Source of the DNA: Candidatus Omnitrophota bacterium
Lineage (GTDB): Bacteria; Omnitrophota; Omnitrophia; Omnitrophales; JACROU01
Direction of reading: 5' to 3'
Assembly (NCBI GenBank): GCA_016214265.1
Contig: JACROU010000045.1
Coordinates: 1,072 to 65,071, forward strand
Length of the DNA stretch: 64,000 bases
Positions 58,682 to 64,000 of this stretch are shown piece by piece. The notes under the pieces were generated by a model. That model did not search any database and was not told where the DNA came from. It worked only from the letters and a program-made list of their open reading frames with translations. Position numbers and translations under genes: made by a program. Numbering within the stretch: position 1 is the stretch's first letter; each line of letters opens with the position of its first letter.

Positions 58682-59339
58682 TGGAATAACCGACTCCTTT
58701 TATCGTTTTGATTAATTTCCGCTCAAAATCGCTGTCGATTTTCTCCCGAAGCCGTTTAATGTGAACATCGATCACATTCGAACCGGTAATCGCCGAGTAA
58801 TCCCAGATATGCTCCATCATCACTGAGCGGGTCATCACCCGTCCCTTATTTTCTATAAGGTGCTGAAGAATGGCGAATTCTTTAGGACGAAGATCAATTT
58901 TTTGACCGCCACGAATGACTTCACGAGTGGCAAGATTCATTGTGAGATCGTCGATTTTTAAAATATTTTGAGGGGCACCGCTTTTCCGACGGTGAATCGC
59001 ACGAATGCGGGCCAGAAGCTCGGTAAACGAAAACGGCTTCACCAGATAATCGTCTCCGCCCAAATCCAATCCTCGAACGCGGTCTTCGAGCGATCCTTTC
59101 GCGCTTAAAATCAGAACGGGCATGTGACTGGAACTGTCCCTGATTTTTTTCAGCACCTCCAGGCCATCCATTTTGGGCAGAAGAACATCGAGGATAATGC
59201 AATCGTAAGCGACGCTTTCGGTGAATTCCAGCCCTTCAACGCCGTCATAGGCGACGTCCACGGCGTATGACTGTTCCTCCAGTCCTTTTTTCAATGACAG
59301 CGCCAGTTTTTTTTGATCTTCAATAATCAAAATTCGCAT
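58671..59339 (-). CDS. OmpR-family response regulator
   Basis: Receiver domain (DVLLPKMDG, phospho-acceptor Asp) plus winged-helix C-terminus (GYSIDQ end). Confidence 0.9.
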   Translation of the reverse strand: MRILIIEDQKKLALSLKKGLEEQSYAVDVAYDGVEGLEFTESVAYDCIILDVLLPKMDGLEVLKKIRDSSSHMPVLILSAKGSLEDRVRGLDLGGDDYLVKPFSFTELLARIRAIHRRKSGAPQNILKIDDLTMNLATREVIRGGQKIDLRPKEFAILQHLIENKGRVMTRSVMMEHIWDYSAITGSNVIDVHIKRLREKIDSDFERKLIKTIKGVGYSIDQ

Positions 59340-59345
59340 AACTGG

Positions 59346-60773
59346 TCAACGTTCACCAAGATAATGGATTTTGGCCATAAAACGTGCGGTCGGCAGCGCT
59401 TGCTTGCCCGAAATAAGCACGACGGGGTCTCCGGGCTTTAGTAGTCCGTGACGCAAAATCAGGCTGTCTCCCAAACGAATCATTTCATCCGCACTGCCAG
59501 AATGCGGAATCAAAATGGGCACCACACCCCGAAGCAAAGTCATCCGCAAAATCTCTTGTTTCGACGATGCAAAAACAAAAATGGGGCAATTAGGACGCAG
59601 TTTTGAAACGAGAAGCGCGGTTCTTCCCGAAACGGTAAACACAACAATCGCTTTCGCGCCCATATTATTGGCTGCGTCGAAGGCCGCATGAGTAATAGCC
59701 CTAATCGGCGAAAATCGTTTTTCATGACGGGCACCGTTCACGTCGTGAAGCGACGGAGGCATGACGTGCTGTTCGGTCTCGCGCAAAATCTTGGCCATCA
59801 CCCGCACCGATTCAACCGGGTATTTTCCGATTGATGTTTCCCCGGAAAGCATCACAGCATCAGTGCCGTCAAAGACCGCGTTAGCGATGTCGGATACCTC
59901 CGCCCGGGTCGGATGATTCGCTTCCATCATCGTCTCCAGCATTTGCGTTGCGGTAATGACCGGTTTATTGATTCGCCGGCAGAGTTCAATCAAAGCTTTT
60001 TGAATCGCCGGAACTTTTTCAACGCCCAGCTCAATACCCAAATCGCCGCGAGCGATCATCATCACGTCCGCCACAGTCATCACAGCATCGATATTTTTAA
60101 CCGCACTAGGTTTCTCAATTTTGGCAATCACCGGAATTTCTTTATGATTCCGTTTCAGCCACCGTTTAATCGTATTTACATCTTCCGCACTGCGGATAAA
60201 GGAAAGAGCGATGTAATCCACATTCATTCCGGCCGCAATGCGAAGATCCATCAGATCTTTTTCCGTTAGCGCCGGCAGTGTGGCGGGCGCATACGGCAAA
60301 TTAATTCCTTTGTTTTCGCCTAAAACCCCTCCCGAAATAACCCGGCATTTAACCCCTTCATGATTCACGCGCAGAACTTCCAGTTCCATATTTCCATTAT
60401 CGAGAAGAACTCTGTCCCCCTTCTTGACCATTAGAGGAAACTCGCGGCACGAAGTGGTGATCACATGCCCCGATCCCGGCATATTTCCGATCAGAATCAA
60501 AAACTCCTCGCCGTTTTTAAGTGCGAGCGGCGTCTTCGATTTTAATGTTCCGGTACGGACACGGGGACCTTGAAGATCCACAATAATACCGACACTCTTT
60601 TTCACCGACGCAGCGGCTTTTCTGATTATTTTAATCCACTGACGAAGCGTGGCAGGCGTTGTGTGCGACGCGTTAATGCGCAGCACATCGGCCCCTTTAA
60701 GAATCAAAGCCTCTAATTTTTCTGCCTGCCCACAAGCGGGTCCGACAGTTGCAACAATTTTGGTCTTCTTCAT
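59346..60773 (-). CDS. pyk: pyruvate kinase
   Basis: 475 aa; MKKTKIVATVGPA, IIAKIE, MIARGDLG motifs. Confidence 0.92.
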   Translation of the reverse strand: MKKTKIVATVGPACGQAEKLEALILKGADVLRINASHTTPATLRQWIKIIRKAAASVKKSVGIIVDLQGPRVRTGTLKSKTPLALKNGEEFLILIGNMPGSGHVITTSCREFPLMVKKGDRVLLDNGNMELEVLRVNHEGVKCRVISGGVLGENKGINLPYAPATLPALTEKDLMDLRIAAGMNVDYIALSFIRSAEDVNTIKRWLKRNHKEIPVIAKIEKPSAVKNIDAVMTVADVMMIARGDLGIELGVEKVPAIQKALIELCRRINKPVITATQMLETMMEANHPTRAEVSDIANAVFDGTDAVMLSGETSIGKYPVESVRVMAKILRETEQHVMPPSLHDVNGARHEKRFSPIRAITHAAFDAANNMGAKAIVVFTVSGRTALLVSKLRPNCPIFVFASSKQEILRMTLLRGVVPILIPHSGSADEMIRLGDSLILRHGLLKPGDPVVLISGKQALPTARFMAKIHYLGER

Positions 60774-60796
60774 AACTCACCTGTTCTTGGTTATTA

Positions 60797-61228
60797 CTAC
60801 AAATTCTTTTTTTCCCAAGCCTTTAGCTGCTCGAGCGTCTCACGCATAAACTTTTTCGGATTGCGTTTAACTTTCTCAACACGCGCCTTAGCCATATCCG
60901 GAACGGCACGGTAGACGCCTCCCCATAGAATAAGTTCCACTAAAATCGGCAAGAGATCCTTGCCCGCCTGAGTCAGATAATAAAGTTTTTTGTTTTTATG
61001 TTTAGGATGCCTCATCAAATCGATAATCCCCGTCGAGGTCAGCCGTTTCAAGCGGTCGGAGAGAATATTCGTGGCAATCCCTTCCGGACCGGACAGAAAT
61101 TCGTGGTATTCGTGTTTATTCATGAACAAATCACGGATCACAAGTAGCGTCCAACGGTCCCCGAGAACATCGAGGGCATTGGCCACAGGGCAGCACGAGC
61201 GGCATTCGGTTTCTTTCAAGGGTTTCAT
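60797..61228 (-). CDS. HxlR-family winged-helix transcriptional regulator
   Basis: CPVANALDVLGDRWTLLVIRDL is an HxlR signature. Start at MKPLKE (61228); the track start 61453 adds 75 residues with no similarity. Confidence 0.7.
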   Translation of the reverse strand: MKPLKETECRSCCPVANALDVLGDRWTLLVIRDLFMNKHEYHEFLSGPEGIATNILSDRLKRLTSTGIIDLMRHPKHKNKKLYYLTQAGKDLLPILVELILWGGVYRAVPDMAKARVEKVKRNPKKFMRETLEQLKAWEKKNL

Positions 61229-61264
61229 GCCGGGTACTATATCAGATTCCGCGCCCAAAATAAA

Positions 61265-61322
61265 ACTTGCACTTTGCAAGTGATTTGGATAGATTGGATT
61301 TACTTGCGTTTTGCAAGTGATT
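61265..61322. promoter_or_regulatory. putative operator: two dyad elements (acttgca-ctt-tgcaagt at 61265-61281; acttgcg-tttt-tgcaagt at 61302-61319) and a direct repeat ttgcaagtgatt (61274-61285, 61311-61322) in the divergent promoter region
   Basis: Seen directly between the HxlR-like gene (minus) and the small Cys-rich ORF (plus). Confidence 0.4.
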
Positions 61323-61358
61323 GATAACGGAGGATTAAATAATAAAAGGAGAAGCACC

Positions 61359-61685
61359 ATGTCAGACTGTGACAAATCAGGAAACACCTGCAGCACCCAG
61401 CAAGCCGGCGAAGGTGAATGCTCGTCGAGCGCCTCAGAAACCTGCTGCCCCATTGAAATGGCAGCTCAAAAGTGGTCAGACAGTTTTTGCAAGGCCATGC
61501 AGGAGGTTCAGGTGGAAATCCTAAAACAAAAAATCAAGAAGGCTTGGGGAGCAGATATGGAAAAAGTCGGCGATGCCGTCATTGAATCGATGGGAGCTCA
61601 GTGGCATGCGATGCTCAGCAAAGCTAAAGCGCATGTCGATTTACGCGAGAACATCAAGAAGGTGTTTTTGTCAGGACAGAAGTAA
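61359..61685 (+). CDS. small cysteine-rich hypothetical protein
   Basis: AGGAG RBS 7 nt upstream of ATG 61359; MSDCDKSGNTCSTQQAGEGECSSSASETCCPIEM...; divergent from the HxlR regulator. Confidence 0.45.
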   Translation: MSDCDKSGNTCSTQQAGEGECSSSASETCCPIEMAAQKWSDSFCKAMQEVQVEILKQKIKKAWGADMEKVGDAVIESMGAQWHAMLSKAKAHVDLRENIKKVFLSGQK

Positions 61686-61702
61686 ACAAGAACCCACAAT
61701 CC

Positions 61703-61736
61703 GGAGGAAGGAGCCGATTCACGCTCCTTCCTTTTG
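61703..61736 (+). terminator. rho-independent terminator after the small Cys-rich ORF
   Basis: ggaaggagc-cgattcac-gctccttcc followed by tttt. Confidence 0.55.
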
Positions 61737-61819
61737 GAGGGTGCGAAGGATTCTCCCCTTTTCTTCATTACTACAATGGTAACAGGGCATCAGAGAGCAC
61801 CTCGGAGGGGAAAGGCTCT

Positions 61820-62878
61820 TCATATCTTTCGATATCGTGTGCTTCGCCCCTGTCCGATACGCTCAATTTTTTTAAATTTAAGCAGACGGGAAAGAATTTG
61901 ATTCACGGTAGGAGGTACAATTTTTAGTTTTTTTGACAATTCAAGCCGTGTCACTTCATCCACTGTCTGTATATATTCCAAAACAAGTAGTTGTTTGGGA
62001 GAAAATAGTTTCTCGATGGCTTCTTTTGACAAAAGCGAAACACTCTGTTTTGCCTGTTCCAGGAGAATAGAAAAAAAGAAATCAAGCCAGGGCGCAATGT
62101 TTACATTCCTCACTTTTAATTTTTTCTGACTTTTTCGAAGCGCCAAATAATAATCGGGCTTGTTATCTTCTATCAGTTTTTCATAAGACACGTAGGGAAC
62201 ATACGCGTATCCTTGCTGCAATAAGAGAAGATTCGTGAGAACACGCGAAAGGCGGCCATTTCCGTCCTGAAAAGGATGAATGGCCAGAAAGTTGATCAGG
62301 AAATTTGCGATGATCAAAAGCGGATGAATTTTTTTCGCCTGAAACGAGACTGAAGTCCATTCAACAAGTTCCTGCATTTCTTTTGGGGTTAGGTAGGCCG
62401 ATGTTGTCTCAAAAAAAACACCGACAGACTCCCCCCCCGCGTCAACCATATGCACTTTATTTTCCACTTTTTTATATTCGCCCCGGTGAAGCTTGTCTTT
62501 ATCCACGAAACGCAATATCTCTTTGTGAAAATGTTTGATGGTGCTTTCTGAAAAGCGGATGTGATTGGCAGTTTCAAACACTTTTTGAAGAAGTTCGTAA
62601 TAACCTTGCACTTCCTGTTTATCACAATCGATGAATTTTTGAACGGAAATTCCGCGCATAAGCTTTTCAACGTCTTCATCTGAAAGATGGGCTCCTTCAA
62701 TACGCGTTGAGGAGCCAGTGGACATGATCAGCACCGATCGTTTCAGGCGTCCAAGGATCTGCGGACTGAGGTGAACACCGCCAACCCAGCGGCCTTTCAG
62801 CTCATCAATTTGGGCAATTTTTGTCCAAATCTCACCGGGTAATCGTTCGATTGGGGCATTTAATCTTTGATGCTGCAC
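61820..62878 (-). CDS. Fic-family protein (AMPylation/adenylyltransferase fold) with C-terminal winged helix
   Basis: Fic motif HPFQDGNGRLSRVL; 352 aa. Confidence 0.85.
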   Translation of the reverse strand: MQHQRLNAPIERLPGEIWTKIAQIDELKGRWVGGVHLSPQILGRLKRSVLIMSTGSSTRIEGAHLSDEDVEKLMRGISVQKFIDCDKQEVQGYYELLQKVFETANHIRFSESTIKHFHKEILRFVDKDKLHRGEYKKVENKVHMVDAGGESVGVFFETTSAYLTPKEMQELVEWTSVSFQAKKIHPLLIIANFLINFLAIHPFQDGNGRLSRVLTNLLLLQQGYAYVPYVSYEKLIEDNKPDYYLALRKSQKKLKVRNVNIAPWLDFFFSILLEQAKQSVSLLSKEAIEKLFSPKQLLVLEYIQTVDEVTRLELSKKLKIVPPTVNQILSRLLKFKKIERIGQGRSTRYRKI

Positions 62879-62983
62879 AGGAGGATTCCTTTCTTCTATC
62901 CCAACTATACATGATTATACACGATTATAAACGAAAAGGAAAGTGACGAAAACCCATCACATTCCCTCACCCCGTCGCGACAC

Positions 62984-63019
62984 AAAAAAGGCCTTGGCTC
63001 ATTACTGAACCAAGGCCTT
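62984..63019 (-). terminator. rho-independent terminator downstream of tRNA-Glu
   Basis: Minus-strand hairpin aaggccttgg-(12 nt)-ccaaggcctt followed by a U-run (plus-strand a-run 62984-62989). Confidence 0.5.
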
Positions 63020-63025
63020 AAAAAG

Positions 63026-63100
63026 CGTCCCCAAGGGGATTTGAACCCCTGTCAGCAGATCGAAAATCTGCTGTCCTAGGCCAGACTAGACGATGGGGAC
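63026..63100 (-). tRNA. tRNA-Glu (anticodon UUC), CCA not encoded
   Basis: Revcomp GUCCCCAUCGUCUAGUCUGGCCUAGGACAGCAGAUUUUCGAUCUGCUGACAGGGGUUCAAAUCCCCUUGGGGACG; close to E. coli tRNA-Glu; anticodon loop UUUUCGA. Confidence 0.85.
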
Positions 63101-63142
63101 GTGAATGATTTGGGCGGTCTTTAAACCGGTAAAAGAGCCGGG

Positions 63143-63148
63143 ATTATA
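63143..63148 (-). promoter_or_regulatory. candidate extended -10 (TGcTATAAT) upstream of tRNA-Glu
   Basis: Minus-strand reading ...aaatgcTATAATcccggc..., about 40 nt upstream of the mature tRNA 5' end. Confidence 0.3.
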
Positions 63149-63347
63149 GCATTTGAAAAAATCGTGTGGTAGCAAAATCCTTGACGCCCTCCCCTAATTT
63201 GACTTTGCCAAAATGGTGAGCTAGGTTTGTGGTATGGCGACGGATAAGCGCTACTTAATAGATAGAGCGCACATCGGAATCCAAAAGAAGTTGAGCCGAA
63301 GACTCAACACCTTTGAGATTCAAAACACCGTCGCCATTTTTATGTTT

Positions 63348-64000
63348 TTACACACTCCGGCGCTTTAACGACCCGCTTTGCAGGTGCTCCGCCCTCTCAA
63401 GAGGGGACGTTACGCCTACTTTCGGGCATAACGATTCCAGAGGACAATGCGCGCAATCGGGTTTCCGGGCCAAGCAAATCCGCCGTCCGTGAAAAATCAG
63501 CTGATGTGAAAATTCGGTCCAGCGCTTGCGCGGAATGAGTTTCATCAAATCGAATTCGATTTTAACCGGATCCGATTGCTTCGTCAGGCCCAGGCGGTTG
63601 CTCAACCGCTTCACATGCGTATCCACAGTAATTCCCGGCACGCCAAAGGCATTGCCCAAAATCACGTTCGCGGTTTTTCGACCGACGCCGTGCAGTTTCA
63701 CCAATTCCTCGAGCTTGGCCGGCACCTTCCCTCCGTGAATATGCTGGATATCTGCCGCCGACGATTGGATAGACTTGGCTTTGTTTTTATAAAATCCCGT
63801 CGAGCGGATATCCTGCTCCAGAGTTTTCAGATTCGCGCCGGCAAACGCACGCACGGACGGATATTTTTTGAAGAGTGGGGGCGTAACTTTGTTCACTCGC
63901 TCGTCGGTGCACTGAGCCGACAGAATGGTGGCCACCAGAAGTTCATGCGGGGTTTTGAAATACAAAGCGCATTTGGCATCGGGATGGGCTTTTTTGAGCC
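63348..64000 (-). CDS. nth: endonuclease III, 5' end beyond the right window edge
   Basis: HhH-GPD (LVKLHGVGRKTANVIL), 4Fe-4S motif CAHCPLESLCP. The frame stays open upstream of the track start (...LKKAHPDAKCALYFKTPHELLVA matches the Nth N-terminus), so the gene is truncated by the window. Confidence 0.85.
   Translation of the reverse strand, partial: LKKAHPDAKCALYFKTPHELLVATILSAQCTDERVNKVTPPLFKKYPSVRAFAGANLKTLEQDIRSTGFYKNKAKSIQSSAADIQHIHGGKVPAKLEELVKLHGVGRKTANVILGNAFGVPGITVDTHVKRLSNRLGLTKQSDPVKIEFDLMKLIPRKRWTEFSHQLIFHGRRICLARKPDCAHCPLESLCPKVGVTSPLERAEHLQSGSLKRRSV

Noticed and set aside
63101-63347. Plus-strand promoter-like TTGACG/TTGACT hexamers at about 63185-63215
   Set aside because: Would drive transcription antisense into nth with no downstream ORF; likely chance matches in an AT-rich spacer.

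Overview
This is a bacterial chromosomal segment, densely coded and almost entirely on the minus strand, with two tRNAs and no CRISPR array or obvious transposon. Housekeeping genes present include ppa, a HIT protein, gltX, a fused indolepyruvate:ferredoxin oxidoreductase that is split by an apparent frameshift, nadK, dxs, ispA, xseB and xseA (xseB-ispA-dxs order as in E. coli), a YmdB-like phosphoesterase, 5-formyl-THF cyclo-ligase, apt, a sigma-70 factor, ppdK, glyQ and glyS, pyk, and nth (cut by the right edge).

Two giant genes stand out. (1) Positions 1-9434 carry no complete minus-strand ORF in the six-frame track, yet reverse-complement translation in one frame reads continuously from an ATG at 9434 past the left edge, at least 3144 codons. 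Motifs verified in that frame indicate a metallophosphoesterase, a histidine-kinase-like ATPase, a carbamate kinase (ITHGNGPQVG), an internal twin-arginine-like segment (SRREFLALIGVAAAFAFAG), an (alpha/alpha)6-like region, a SAM methyltransferase (VLDIGVGQG) and a NagB/Pgl-like domain (LLGIGKDGHFAFVEP). I have not seen this chimeric architecture described. (2) Positions 26071-33597 encode a 2508-aa protein with a signal peptide, three tandem repeats of about 150 aa (carbohydrate-binding-like), a polytopic membrane region of roughly 15 helices and a C-terminal GH94 phosphorylase domain (GAYGFRDQLQD, TGDWNDGLD), but no recognisable GT84 domain. That makes it unlike classical cyclic beta-1,2-glucan synthases.

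Also notable:
- a putative lipid-modifying operon (fatty-acyl-reductase-like NAD_binding_4 plus SCP2, a PaaK/LuxE-like adenylating enzyme, a tandem U32 protein, a class III aminotransferase with a Cys4 insertion, an alpha/beta hydrolase);
- a HigB/HigA-like toxin-antitoxin pair;
- a Fic protein next to tRNA-Glu;
- a lysine-rich histone-like protein fused to an EF-Tu domain-2-like barrel;
- a pair of small secreted proteins, one His-rich and one Cys-rich;
- long perfect hairpins in intergenic DNA.

The lineage cannot be assigned from sequence alone. Giant multi-enzyme ORFs of this kind are reminiscent of uncultivated lineages, but that is speculation.
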